Source: Lama glama
Lineage: Eukaryota
Direction of reading: 5' to 3'
Assembly (NCBI GenBank): GCA_028534125.1
Contig: CM052832.1
Location: 11,286,001-11,350,000, forward strand
Length of the DNA stretch: 64,000 bases
Under the pieces are notes generated by a model that saw nothing but the letters and a program-made list of their open reading frames with translations, had not been told where the DNA came from and did not search any database. Of the stretch, positions 11,631 through 25,400 are shown one piece after another. Made by a program: the position numbers and the translations under genes. Within the stretch, counting starts at the first letter, position 1; each line of letters opens with the position of its first letter.

Positions 11631-13854
11631 ATGTCCTTAGTTACTTCTAAAATTCATTTATTAAGAACTTTTCTGCTTCTCTCCGGTAGAACTGTTTATA
11701 CCCTTTTCCTTGTATCCATGACACTTGATACAGGGCCCTTATCATGTTGTAATTGTACTTACCTGTCTGTATCCTACACAGTGAACATATTAAAGACAAG
11801 GACTGTGTTTATTCATTTTTGCATTTCCCACCGATACTGCCCCTTGAACTCCCCCTTGAACTCCCTATCTTACCTGATAAAGTGATGCCTGGGGGAGAAG
11901 GGTTTTAAATACATCTTTATGGAATGGTAGTGTCTGTTTTTATAGTTATCTTAATCTATTACTTAAATCATCCCTACATCTTATCCTTCTCTTGTTAACA
12001 AAGCTGCTTGCTAAATGGCCAGTTATTTCTAGTCTTTGTCCAGCTGTCAAAGTAGGGTGTGGTTTTAGCCGGTCCCCAGCCTGTTACATTGTATTCTTCC
12101 TCTTCTAGTTCTTAGATTAAGATCTTCAGTGATAAGCCTATCTTGTCTTAAAAACACCTGAGCCATTTCCTTTCTACAGTTATATATATGCTTCAGTGGA
12201 TTTTGTATTGATGTTGTCTTATTTTTCCCCAGTTATTTATCTTATTAGACTATAAGTTATTGGAAGGCCAATCTAAACCAGTCAGTGCATGCTCACTGAA
12301 AGTGCTGGGATAGGTACGGTGGTACTGGTACTGATGGATACTAAGGCACCATACCTGCTCCCGAGGAGCTGAGAGTTCGCTTGGGGAATTAAAACTAACT
12401 GTACTTGCTTTATTTGAAATGCCAGACTTGTATGATATACCATTAAGTTATTAATAGCTTTCACGTAAGAAAAGAGACACTGCCATGCGGTATCTGTGCA
12501 CTGATTATAAGGCTGATCTCAAATTCAGAAACATGGCATTCTGGATAGCATTCCAGAGGGATGGAATGACATGTACAAAACTCTAAAGGAATTTAAGAAG
12601 CCAAAGGATCTATCTAGAAGCTCAGGACAGATGATCCTTCTGTTATTTTTCTTCTGTCCTTCTTGCCCTCTCCCCACAGTTGCCCGCCGTCCAGGTGATA
12701 AGGTAAGCATCAGTGAAGATAATACCTCCCTAATGCTTCCATTAAAATGATATAAGGTAGACAAATTAATTGGACTCTCTAAAAAGGGACACTGAGAGAT
12801 CGTAAATTTGCAAATGTAAATTCATATGTCAGTACACACAACACTGTTTTCCACACAAGTAGTTATTCTATAAACCAATTAAATGATGGCTCCCTTTTGT
12901 CCTTATCTGTTTTTATAACAGTAGAACTGTAATTATATTTACAGACTGATGTTTGGGCCAAGTCTGCCTATAAATATGTTAGTTATAAATTTAGCCCATT
13001 TTATGATTTCAACATGTGCTTTGTTATTTATTTTTCCTTCTAGAATGCTGCTCTCATTTGTTTGTTGAACATCAGTGTATAAGTTCTTTTTCTTTTCCCC
13101 ATGGTGAATGTCTGGGAGGAAATACTGCTGCCTGGCAGAGGGTACTGGGGCCTTGTATGATTTATTTATTCTAATTTTATTCCATTGTTAAGACTCCATA
13201 ATGTTACAGAAACTTAAGTAGTTTTAAGTTAATTCTTTTGAAATCTAGCCTTCTGCTCATCTTTCAGACTGAACAGAGCCCTGACACGTCTGAGGTTTAG
13301 GAAAACTTGGCTCCAGTTGATGGGGTGGGGGGTCTAATATAGGTCTTTGTTGCTGAGTGAAATTCAGTGGTTTTGGCTCATGGGAATTTGTGCAAAATTG
13401 TTGGTTTGTTTGATTTGGTTCCTTTTGGACTACACCCATGAAGTTTTCTTTGGGTTTAGCTTGGTGATCCCCACCCCACACCAAACTCAAAGTGGAACCC
13501 AGTGGGAATGTTGAGGTTTATACCTCAAGCTATAACTCATCCTAGAGCTTTACCCAGTTTTGAAAAAAGAGAGGAAAAAAAAGCCTGGATTTTAATCTTT
13601 GAGTGAAATATTTATTGGAACTAGACTAAACAATCCCGAGGTTAGTTGGGATCTTAGAGGTCATTAGACCAGACTCTCCACCTGATACATGATTCCAAGG
13701 AACAATTTCAGATTGTTTCAAGTCTTTTAGTAGCTAATTAACTTCTATGCAGGACTCCATGTTTGTCTTTTGGTTCAAGCTTGTTGACTTTGTGGTCCAA
13801 GTTTACTGTTTCTGTAGAATTTTGTTTTCCTTTTCCATCTATCAAGAACCAATG

Positions 13855-14070
13855 TAGATATTGACAGGCACATGTAGAATAGATAAACAGGATTATACTG
13901 TATAGCACAGGAAAATATATACAAGATCTTGTAGTAGCTCACAGCGAAAAAAAATGTGACAGTGAATGTATGTATATTCATGTATAACTGAAAAATTGTG
14001 CTCTACACTGGAAATTGACACAACGTTGTAAAATGACTATAATGCAATAAAAAAGAATGTTTAAAAAAAA
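13855..14070 (+). mobile_element. Young L1 3' UTR fragment with poly(A)
   Basis: Perfect 11-bp TSD aagaaccaatg at 13844-13854 and 14071-14081, with aataaa and an A tail. Contains the L1 3' UTR motif actgtatagcacagg. Confidence 0.9.
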
Positions 14071-14292
14071 AAGAACCAATGGAGATGTATAAAAACTTTC
14101 AGATATGTATACTTCTACTTGTAGTTCTATTTATTTCTTGGGTACTTGGAGGTTATGTTTTCATTTAGAATTGCTTCATCTTCATGTGGGATATATAAAA
14201 ATATAATTTCCATCTTTTAATTTTTTAATTTTTATTTATTTTTTATTGAAATATCATTGATTTATAAATTTTCCATCTTTTTTTCTTTTTTT

Positions 14293-14792
14293 NNNNNNNN
14301 NNNNNNNNNNNNNNNNNNNNNNNNNNNNNNNNNNNNNNNNNNNNNNNNNNNNNNNNNNNNNNNNNNNNNNNNNNNNNNNNNNNNNNNNNNNNNNNNNNNN
14401 NNNNNNNNNNNNNNNNNNNNNNNNNNNNNNNNNNNNNNNNNNNNNNNNNNNNNNNNNNNNNNNNNNNNNNNNNNNNNNNNNNNNNNNNNNNNNNNNNNNN
14501 NNNNNNNNNNNNNNNNNNNNNNNNNNNNNNNNNNNNNNNNNNNNNNNNNNNNNNNNNNNNNNNNNNNNNNNNNNNNNNNNNNNNNNNNNNNNNNNNNNNN
14601 NNNNNNNNNNNNNNNNNNNNNNNNNNNNNNNNNNNNNNNNNNNNNNNNNNNNNNNNNNNNNNNNNNNNNNNNNNNNNNNNNNNNNNNNNNNNNNNNNNNN
14701 NNNNNNNNNNNNNNNNNNNNNNNNNNNNNNNNNNNNNNNNNNNNNNNNNNNNNNNNNNNNNNNNNNNNNNNNNNNNNNNNNNNNNNNNNNNN
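14293..14792. other. Assembly gap (500 N)
   Basis: N run. It produces the artefactual ORFs 14257-15219 and 14262-14933. Confidence 1.
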
Positions 14793-15318
14793 ATTGAGTC
14801 GTATGAGCTGCTTATATATTTTGGAGATCAAGCCTTTGTCGGTTTCACTTGCAAAAATTTTCTCCCATTCCGTAGGTTTTCTTCTTGTTTTATTTCTGGT
14901 TTCCTTTGCTCTGCAGAAGCTTGTAAGTTTCATTAGGTCCCATTTGTTTATTCTTGTTTATTTTATGTCTTCTAGGAGAAAATTTTTGGAATGTATGTCA
15001 GATAATGTTTTGCCTGTGTTTTCCTCTAGGAGGTTTATTGTTTCTTGTCTTATGTTTAAGTCTTTAATCCATTTTGAGTTGATTTTTGTATATGGTGTAA
15101 GGGTTTGTTCTAGCTTCATTGTTTTACATGCTGCTGTCCAGTTTTCCCAACACCATTTGCTGAAGAGACTGTCTTTATTCCATTGTATATTCTTGCCTCC
15201 TTTGTCAAAGATGAGTTGACCAAAAGTTTGTGGGTTCATTTCTGGGCTCTCTATTCTGTTCCATTGGTCTATATGTCTGTTTTGGTACCAATACCATGGT
15301 GTCTTGATGACTGTAGCT
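14793..15318 (-). mobile_element. L1 ORF2 3' region, relatively young, running into the gap
   Basis: Minus-strand ORFs [34 protein letters not shown]...[15 protein letters not shown] and ...[10 protein letters not shown] are L1 ORF2. Confidence 0.95.
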
Positions 15319-15329
15319 CTCTTTATAAT

Positions 15330-17380
15330 TTTAAACTTTACATGTTCTTGTGTCTTAGTTGTGTCTCTTTAGAAATGATGTATGGATGACTTTTACTTTT
15401 TTACCCAAGTTTTAGTCAATTTAGTGATTACTGATATTTGCAATTGTTTCTGTCATATTTACATTTTATTTATACTTTCTTGTTGCTTTTTTTTCCCCCT
15501 CTTTATTCCTACCTTCAGTTTTGTTGACCTATGTTTTCTTATTTATTTTCTTCACTTCTTATATCTGGAAATTTTATATTATCTTTCTCTTTTTCTTAGT
15601 AGTAGTCATTAAAAATTTAGAAGCATACTTGACTTCATAAAGTCTAAAATTAACATTTCTAACTTCTGATCTTTATGATTAACTTTAGTCATATTTCTCC
15701 AGTTTTATCTTATTGTTACTTGTTTTAATTCCACTTTGTTTTATATGACTCAATTAATCATCATTATTGTTATTTTGTAAAAGAAACCAGTAAATGTTTA
15801 GATTTTCCCAGTTTCCTTGCTCAGTGTTGTCTTTTTTCACTACTTCTTTCTGTTCTCAATCTCCTGGTTCCTGAAGTACATCCTTTGGTAGCTCATTCAG
15901 AGAGAGAGGTCTATTATTGATTAATTCTGTGAGCATTTATTTAATTTAATTTACGTATTAGCTGAGTTTGGAATTCTTGGTTGAGAGTTATGTTTTCTCA
16001 ATGCTTTGAAGATATCATTCCATGCCCTTTTAACTTTTGCTTTTGAGAAGTCTGCTTTAGTCTAAATGGCTTTTTGTAGGCAACGTCTTTCCTTGCATTG
16101 TTTTTAAGAGTCTTACTTTGTGTGTGTGTTCTGTGGTTTCATAATGATGTGTCTCCATGTGGGTTTATTTTTATATATCCTACTTAGGACACATGCTTCC
16201 TAAATCTGAGGATTCACGTCTGTCATCAATTCTGAAAAATTCTCAGCTATTCTTTCTTTGAATAGTTTCTCTCCTCCGTTCTCTTTAGTGTCCACTTCTG
16301 TAACTCATGTTAAACATTCATTTTCCTTTGTATTCAATGGTATTTCTTGCATTTAAAAAATATGTATTTTCTATCTTTGTATTGCTCTTTGTTGCATTTT
16401 GTGTAATTTCCTCCACTACTCTCTCTTAGTTCACAAAGTCTTTCCTCACCTTTGCTTAATCTGTTTAACACTTACATTGAATTTTTAAAATTTCAATGTT
16501 TATATCCTCATTTTTAGAAGTTCTGTCTGATCATTTTTCTTCTATCTGTCCTTGCTTTCATTATGTATTGCTATTTTATTATTTTATTACTTATTTTAAG
16601 TATTTTAACACATTGATTGCATAGTCTTTATATCTAAAGCTCTTGTAGGTCTGAACTTGCTGTTTGTTACACCTATTGACTATTTTCTATAGATTGTGCC
16701 CTTGCAAGTTTTGTTATTTTGGATTGTGAGCTCATCTTCAGTGGAGCTTGGTCTGTTGGCATTCTATTCTATAGCATTTAAGGGCACGTCAATATAACTA
16801 GATTTATTTTTGCTTCTGCCTGCTGCCCTAGGGCTGTCATCAGCTTAAAACCACTTTTTATCTTAATTTCAGCAATTGATATTTGCATACCACTTGAGTA
16901 GAGAAAATTTATACCTCAGTTATACATATGAGTAGGTCAATGGTTACAAATGCTGAAAGAAGACTTCTTTTCCCATCCATAGTTCAGGCAGAGACAGACA
17001 AATTTCCTTGCCATTTCCTATGCTGATAGGTGGGTATGAGTTTTTTTTTCTTGTTCATTACTTTAGTGGTGTCCCCAGGTTTATAAGGAATCTTGTTTCA
17101 AAATACCCAGTTCATATTGGTCTAAACTGTGGTTACTGATACCAGCATTCTTTTCCGACCCCTATACTCTTAGGATTGCTCTAGTGTTTGCTCATGCACT
17201 TTTACTTTTTCATTTACTTCTTTGTTTTTGGTCTGTAGATGTTTTCCTTACTTTTTTGAGGGAGGGCACAAATTTAGCTATGCACATTGGAAGGTATACA
17301 TTATATTTTGTCCAGAATTTCAAAGTAGATTTTAGAAAGAGCAATTTCATGCTTTCTGATCAGCCATAGGGGGAGAATTG
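15330..17380 (-). mobile_element. Ancient L1 or HAL1-type fragment (ORF1/5' region), antisense
   Basis: T-rich strand with gaattcttggttga...tttgaagatatcattcca...gagaagtctgct and tgtcatcaattctgaaaaattctcagctatt, typical of antisense old L1 ORF1. Confidence 0.65.
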
Positions 17381-19404
17381 GAACTCTTAGTTGTTTCACA
17401 TTTCCCAATTCTGTACTAACGCAGTTGGTTTGTTTGTTGTTATTACTGAGCTGCAGGACTTTCTATTGGTCTTTGTTATGTTTGTGTTGTTGTTGTCACT
17501 AAGTCTGCAGCCTCATTCTAGCTTCTTTAAAAATCCTGACTCAGTTATCTAGTACTCTAGTTTTACCTCCTAGATCCTAATCATTTGTATGTTTGAGGTA
17601 TGTACCATCTTGTTTTCCATAAGTGTTTGATAAAAATGTTAAAGCAGAGAAGTTCCTTTGCACAGCCTAGGGATGTGCCCTAAGTATCTCTCTGTCAGTG
17701 GACATTGATCAGAACTCTTTGAAATTACTTACAAATGTGTCCAACTCTGTTATTCATTTCAGCTTATGTTTCTATATTTGGTTCACAAGGCATATTCTTA
17801 GTGCACTTGCTTGGCTCAGTCCGATTCATTTCTGCCAATATTTCTGAGCATACTCCATGCACCATGTGTGTACTGTATGCACCAAAGACTTGAAGAAGGA
17901 TAAGCCATAGCTCCTTCATTCATGACACTCATAGCCTGGTGGAGGAGAAATTCAGGTGAGCAAACAGACTGGCCATGTGATAATCTCTTCCTGTATTTTG
18001 CTCAGGATCAACTTCTGACTGATCTAGAGCTTATGGCTTCCATCCCCTTTGCTTTTTTTTGCTGTAGACATATCAATTGAGTTTATACAATTGATCTGTG
18101 GGGAAAGTTTCACAAGGCTAATTTCCATGTCTCTTCTCTCTATAATCGTCTGTGAATAAATTCATTTTGGTACTTTACACTCCTACCTTTCAGAGTATTT
18201 TTACATCAACAAAGAATAGTAAAAATATTGGACACAAGTTACTTTCAAATATTCTTTTCTTTTTATTCTTTTTCTATTTTCCCCCTTAGTTACAAATTTT
18301 CTCAAAATTCTCTTTTCTTCAAACTTCCTCTTTCCCAGAAATGCAGTACAATATAGATTGTCTGACATCAGTTTGATCTTTTTTGGTCTGATCCCTCATG
18401 TTGACTTTTTCATTCAGGTTTTCCTACTTGGTCCAAGACTTCTGCTCATTTTTTGTTGTTGGTCTTTGAAAATTTGTTAGGCAAACTAATGATGCAACCA
18501 CATTTTCAGTGAAAGAACTTAATTTAGTTAAGAAATAAATCCTTATCTGGACTAGAAATTTTGAATTTGATCTTTATTCTTTTCTCTCTGTAACCCCAAT
18601 GAAAATTCATAAATCAAGAAGTCCTGACAATATTTCCCCTTCAAAGCACTTCATATCTGCTCCCAGTATTTTATTCCCATATTTAGTGCCCTAGCCCACA
18701 CCCTTACCCTTCCCACCTGATAACTGGATAATTTCCTAAATGTTTTTCTTATCTCCTGACTTTAATCTTAGTGTTGTGTTTTCCATATTGTAATTCAAAA
18801 CCTAGGAGGTTGTGAAATCAATTTACTTCTTTGTGACCAGAAGTTTTTAATGATATAAAGTAGAAGAGAGACAATATTAGAGTTCATGGCTATAATAAGG
18901 GTGTTTTTTCATGAAATTTTTGAGATATAGATATAGATATATACATATATCTTTATCTCAACTGTTAACTTGTCACCTGTAATAGACGATGATAATTGTA
19001 TGGGTTTTGTCATTTGGAGAGGCATCTACCTAGCTTTCAAACCTTTTCCTATGTTTAGAGAACTATGTATGGTTTGAGTCTTGGTAGGAGGTAGGGCCTG
19101 CCTTGCATTAGAGAACCTTAATAAAGCAGTCTAGCTTTTCCAGGACCACTTGCAGCTACGGTGCTGCTGGCAGTGGCCATGACACTGGCATTTGGCTTTC
19201 TAGGCAGCAGAGGTTGGCAGCCTGAGCTGTGGCATACAATGCGGTAGCACTGGGGTCCTCATCAGAATGGTTGTGGGCATAGTTTGGGAGTTTCTAGTGT
19301 CTAGCCTCCTTTTGCTCCTGCTTGTTTTCTGAGTCTAGTACTCTAAATGTCCTGGAGATTGTAAGAGCTACTCCATTTCCATTCCATCAGCGTCTTTCCT
19401 ACTT

Positions 19405-19800
19405 ACTATAGACTGAATTGTGCCCCTACCCTCAATTCATGTTGAAGCTCTAGCTTAGCCCTCGATGTGACTGTGTCTGGAGACGGGGTCTTTAGGAGGT
19501 AATTCAGGTTAAATGAGGTTATAAGAGTGGGGCTATACTCAGGTAGCACTATGGCCTTATGAAAAGAGGAAGAGAGGAAGATCTTTTTCTCTTAGCTGTG
19601 TGTGGACACAGGAGAAGGAGAGAGCCAGGAAGGGAGCTCTCACCTGAAACCACACCCTGCTGGACCTTCATAACTTGGGCTTTCTAGCCTCCAGAACTGT
19701 GAGAAATAAATTGTGTTATTTAAGCCCCCCAGTCCGTGGTGTTTTGTCATGGCAGCTGAGCTGACAAATGCAGATTGTGGTACAGAGAAGTGGAGAGTGG
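19405..19800 (+). mobile_element. MaLR LTR (MLT1A/B-like) plus the first bases of the internal region
   Basis: gactgaattgtgccc...ggttaaatgagg...tagcctccagaactgtgagaaataaat...ttgtcatggcagc, followed by the PBS-like gattgtggtacagagaagtgg. Confidence 0.85.
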
Positions 19801-22179
19801 CAACACCCTTTCACGAAAAGAGGGAGGCTAAGCCCTGCGGACTTCTCAGAGCATCACTGTGGAGTGGGGACTCTCTCCCCTGTTGGAGCAGAGACCTGGG
19901 GTAGCTTTTCCACTACTGGACCCTTTCTCAGTGATTTCTAGGAGAGTAGGTCATCTGCTTTTCACTCCCTCCTGCCTGAGCTACTCAGAAAGGCAGTTTT
20001 AAAGGAAGAGAAGCAAACAACATATAGTTTGCCATCACTGGCAACATTTCCACGTGACTAAGTGAGCTAGAGTCCAGGCCGAAGACCCAGGAGCCTCACC
20101 TACAGCACCTACCACCTCTGCCCTGGCCTGGCCGCTGGCTGTGACTGTGGGCCCCATCCTGCATCACCAAAGGTACCAGCACACCTCTAGACATGTCTGC
20201 TCTAGTCCCGGGGACTGTCCCTCTTAAACTTTTGTTTGAGGTACAAAGCCCGAGTACCTCACATGGCAGAGATCAGTCAGGCGACAGAAAAAAGCCTGAG
20301 TTTATTATGACAAAGTTTTGAAAGTAGCTGGCTATGAATGAACAGTAATGTTTTCAGAAGAAAATAAACTGAGAATGGACCTGTGTGAGATGTGGAAAAT
20401 ATTTTAAAGCAAAGGAAATGATTCACCACCTCAAAGACGTGGCACTTAGATGAATTATGCAGGTCAGTTTTTAACTTCTGTGGACAGCCTCTATGTCTTA
20501 GAGAAATCCATATGTGTGTGCTTTGCATAATGCTCACAGAGGACTATTTAATATTAGGATTCAGAAAGAAAGGAACTGATTTTAGCCATTTCCTCTAAGA
20601 ATCAGGGTGGTGGGCAAGGAATAGTATGCCTTGTGGAATTGAGCTTTGTTTACATAGTGGATGCTTTGTAAAGTAATTAAAAAGTGACCTTTGAAGCATT
20701 TAGCTTGGTTTGTTTTGTTAGATTTTCTCATCTATTTTTTTTCCTCTCAGGTCTGTTTTTGCAACTTCTCATAACATCTAAGCGAATGCTTTAAGAGAAT
20801 ATATTTTATCCTTTATTTCATGACTCAGATGTACAGGTATTAAGTAAAAATAAATAAATAATTTTGAAAAGTAAATATTTAGGTTACAGTCTAGCCATTA
20901 CCTGAGTAAGGATTTTATGGTATAGTCAAAGTCCTCAATATTTAATTTTAGGAATAAGTGTTTCAGTGATTGTTTTTATAATTTTAGATATTTTTTCCAG
21001 ATAAATTCATTCTCAGATTCTTCTTTCATTTCTGAAAAGAGGCCAAAATAATATATATTCACAGAATAGTTTTACTACATTGAAATTAACATTAAATATT
21101 ACTTAAAATGATAATGGAGGAGGGTTTGAATTACATTTCTGTATCTCATTTGAGAGACTTAAAGAATAATTCATTTAATTTAGAAGACCCAAATGAACAG
21201 AACAGAAGCAGTCAGGGAAATGAGGTGTCCTAGAGTTCTGGGTACAGAAGGCCTGAGCAATTAAATTTGATGAAAAGTAAAATGGCTGCAATGTGAGGTA
21301 ATGAGCTTCTCATCATAGGAAGTATTCAAGCTGAGGGCAAATGATCTTATATCAAGGATCCTGGCATGTATTTCTGTCTCTGCATTTTGTGGGGAGGTGT
21401 TCAGTAGGGAGAGACTTCTGAGAGTTCTGTGGATTCTGAGACAAAAGTTCTAAGTAGTTTTCAGTTTGTCATAACTGTACATTTTTTTTTTGGATGAGTC
21501 AACGTTTGAACTCATCCTATGATCACTCTTCTTTTGCAAACAGAACCAGTAAAAGAAATTGCTCTTAGTTATTTAAGATGCAGTTGAATACTTAGCTTTT
21601 CTAATTTTCTAAGCCTGAAATAAACCACTAGGGGACAAAGGATTTCTTCAGATTTTGAAAGGCTCGCAAGAAGGTCTGTCTAACTTGTTATGCTCACAAC
21701 TTTAACTCAGGCTAGAGATTCCCTCTCGATCTCCTATGCTGGTAATTGAATCTTGCTCAGGGCTGGCTCATGTTCCTTCTTTCCGTATCTAATTCACTGC
21801 CAAGCATGTTTCACATACTTTGATGCAAAGTCAACTGTTGTGAAAAACACTGTGTATTCTGAGGCCAGAGAAACTTGATTTACTTAGAAATACCGTGAGA
21901 GGAGCTATAATGACAGCTCCTTCCACATGCAGCCATCTGACAGTAAAATGTTAAGGGGTAAAAAAGCTTAATAGTTTTCTGTCTCAGAATCAAGGCTGCC
22001 ATCATGTGGGGAAATTAGAGGTAATTGTCATGCCATTGTCTAAGGCTGACTGATATTTCCAGAGATGGTGATTCTCAGGATACCAAATTTCCTATCTCTG
22101 TCTCAGGTTTCTGTCTTCCACCCTCAAAATGCCAAGCTTGAACTCTCTGAGCTGCTCCTCCTTATTCTGACAATCCTAT

Positions 22180-22430
22180 GAAATCCTTTCATTCTCTGTC
22201 TCCTTCCCCTCCTGCTTTATTATTTTTCTTCATAGCATTTACCACCACATGAAATTATATTATTATGTACAGCATTTATTTTTCTGAAGTGGTATTAGTT
22301 CTGATCCTAATCATTTACCCTCAAGCATTAAGTCCCATGTGGACAGGGAACCCGTATGTCTCGGTCACCACTATACCCCCCAGCTTGTAGAGTAGTACCT
22401 AGCGCTCATTAGGTACTAGGAATACATCTT
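22180..22430 (+). mobile_element. L2 3' fragment
   Basis: ctgctttattatttttcttcatagcatttaccacc...taagtcccatgtggacaggg...tcaccactatacccc. Confidence 0.6.
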
Positions 22431-25400
22431 TCACCATTTTTATTGGCTCACATGTTGGCTCGAGTGTCTAGTAGTGTCTAGACATTGTATTGATTTATAT
22501 AACCTGACTTGAAACTACACTTTCTCATCTGACATGATTTTTTACCACCCCTCAATCCTCTCTTTTGCTGTCATTATAAGATATTCTCCTCAGTCTACAG
22601 TTTTAAGAGAAGTCAAACCTCATAGCTTAAAAAAAAAAAAATGAAAAGCACTTGCGTCCTCAAACTTGTCTCTGTCTTTTTACTCTCTGCTCCTGGTGAT
22701 TACTTCCCTTCCCAGCGCAGGTCCTGGAAGTGACAGTCTGCTCTGGCTGCCTTGGTCTCATTCCCTCCAGAATCCTCGGGAGCTTGATTTGTGCTATACT
22801 CATATTTCCATAAGTTCCTCTCTTCAACATATGTTTTTCCTGGAGCTTCTCATAGTCAAATCTAGAAGTGCCCACATTTTGCTCATTCTGACTTTATCCA
22901 CGTGATCCAACACCACACAACCAGCCATGCTTCTGCTTTGCTTTCAGTAGCACGTGAGACATCTTCCTGAGGGAACCCTGAGGCTGGTTAGTTTTATTTC
23001 TGACTCTGCAGTGTACCACCAACTCCCTGCCTTCTTTCTTCCTATGATCCATCTACAATCACTGACCAAGGAACAAATCCTTATACTCCCAACTTGAATT
23101 CTTGTTATCTGCAGTGTCCCTTGGCAATCTTGTTTCAAAATTTAGATTTCTTTAAATCTACAAATATGCTAGAACACAGGTTTTTCCATTAGTGTTGGTG
23201 TGACTGGTCATGTGAATCGGATCTTCAGAACGATACGAAGTTGAAATTGAAGAAACTGCTCCAAATGGATTCCCAGTTCAAAGCCTGACATGCATGTATT
23301 CATTTGCCAAGTGGTTTTGACTGCCTGCTATATGCAGGCGTTGTTTTAGGCTCTGAGGACACCAAAGCAGAGAAAGTTCCCACTTTCTTGGAGCTTACTT
23401 TCAGTTTGAGAATTTTATTGTCCAAGGGGAATTTTTAAAAGGATTTCTTACATTTAATTGGGTTTTAAATTAAAATTTAATCTATTAAAGCTGTGCATTC
23501 AGAAACTTACTTCAATATACAAATTTTATGATTCTATTTTTAAATCTAATCATTTTTATATAAAAATAAGAACAGTCTCATTTACTATTTCATTAACACT
23601 TGGTTAATTCAAGTTTTAAGAGTTGAAAGTTCTCTAAACAGTTCTGATTTCAGTTTAGGTGATCCAGTTCCCTTAAACATAAACCTCATATATTTATTTA
23701 ATGTACCTGGTTTCTCAAGCATGTCAACTGTTTGTTAAGGCAGACTTACAAACCTAACAAGCAAATCATTCTAAGAACATACGCAATTTAAAGAATAATA
23801 ATAATCAAACATATATACATAGTAAATCAACCTCTCTTAAACATTTCCCGTCTATTTCCAAAATTAAATCAAATGTTCTTACACCTTTTTATTTAATATC
23901 ACAAGTCTGAAATCAATTATGTTTCAAATTGAAATGATAATCTTTTAAGTATTTCAAACTCTTTAAATAAATATACCTAGAATAGCCCTGTGATATGTAA
24001 ATTACTCTTAAATGTATTCCATACAAGTATTAACAGTATGGGTTTAATTTACTTTGTTATCTCTATTCTTACTCATTTAAACTTTCCTAGGGTGGCAAAG
24101 TTACCAGCACAGTGAAGATAAGTTACTGTACTGTTTTTGACTGGCTGAGGTTACTAGGTTGAAAATAAAAATATCCTTCTGCTGAATTATTGCTTAGAGA
24201 TTGGCCTGATTTGTGTTTTTCAAAGATGGTTCCTAGTAGCTGGGGTGAAGAATGAGGGATGTCAGCAGACATCTAACCATCTTGTAGTGACTTCTTGGTC
24301 TTTTTAACTATTCATCGGCTTCTTTGTGGGAAGGGGCTTTATTTAGTTCTCTTAGGTTACTGTTCATTACGTTTCCAAGACCTTGTTACCTCTTGCACCC
24401 TTCTATTCTTGCCCATATCACATGCCTTTAAAAAAAATCCTTTTCTGCCCTTGATTTTCATTTCCCTCCAGTTCTGCTAGTAGAGGTAAGGTGGGATGCT
24501 TCACATTCTAAGGGTGGAAGAAAATCAAGCCCCACCAAGAAAATAGGATGGGGATTGGACTTAGCAGAGAAAAAGGAAAGCGAAAGAAGGAAGATATTCT
24601 TGCTTGACACATAGGTATAGACAAAAATCTAAAGGTATAAATAGCATATGTTAACCTGGGTTATCTTTGTGGGACAAGGTTATGAGGACTTTGACTCTCT
24701 GCTCTACACTGTGTTTTTGACAAAAACGTATACCATTTCTATAATCACAGAAATTTTATAAAAGAAATGCAAATCAAGGTGATTACTGTGGCAATAGAAT
24801 CAAAAAGGCTTTAAGAGGATGGTGGAAGCAAATCAGACTACCCATTTAAAATTATTATTATTATTAAATCTTCTATCAATAGATAATTGTAGAGTAAGAA
24901 TAGCTTTTGTAATAGCAGACTTTGATGTGTCTTCAGACTGTGAGTGATAGTCCCTGTGTGCAGGTTCCTACATATATAAGCCTTTAGCATGATTGATTTC
25001 ATAGAACAATATTTGCAGTGAAAGTAGAACCCATTTGAACTTTGCAGCTCTCACTGGGAGACCAGCAGTACAATAAACAAATATGTAAGCACCAGTTTTT
25101 GTATGAAACGCTACAAGGTGCTGCCATGGGATTTACAGGGAGTGAAAAGGAAGCTATCACTTGCCTTAGAAAGCTTGATGTAATTATGGAATCATTCATA
25201 ATGGCCTTGTTGACCAAAATAACTGTGTTTTAACTTTCTGCTTATTTAGAAAGAAAATGGAAGCTTCTGGATCATATTAGTCTACTTAGACAATGTTATT
25301 ATCTCACGCTAACAGTATTTTGAAGTTGCTGTAAAGTTCTTTCACGAGGGTCCCAGTGCTGAGCATGTTTAGACTGATGACATTCATATCACTGAATAGA

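Noticed and set aside
14257..15219. 320-aa and 223-aa ORFs
   Set aside because: Artefacts of reading through 500 Ns; the real parts are L1 ORF2 in sense or antisense.
20751..20836. Possible cryptic exon (strong acceptor, cag|GTatta donor)
   Set aside because: Weak donor and AT-rich body; such pseudo-exons are expected by chance in long introns.
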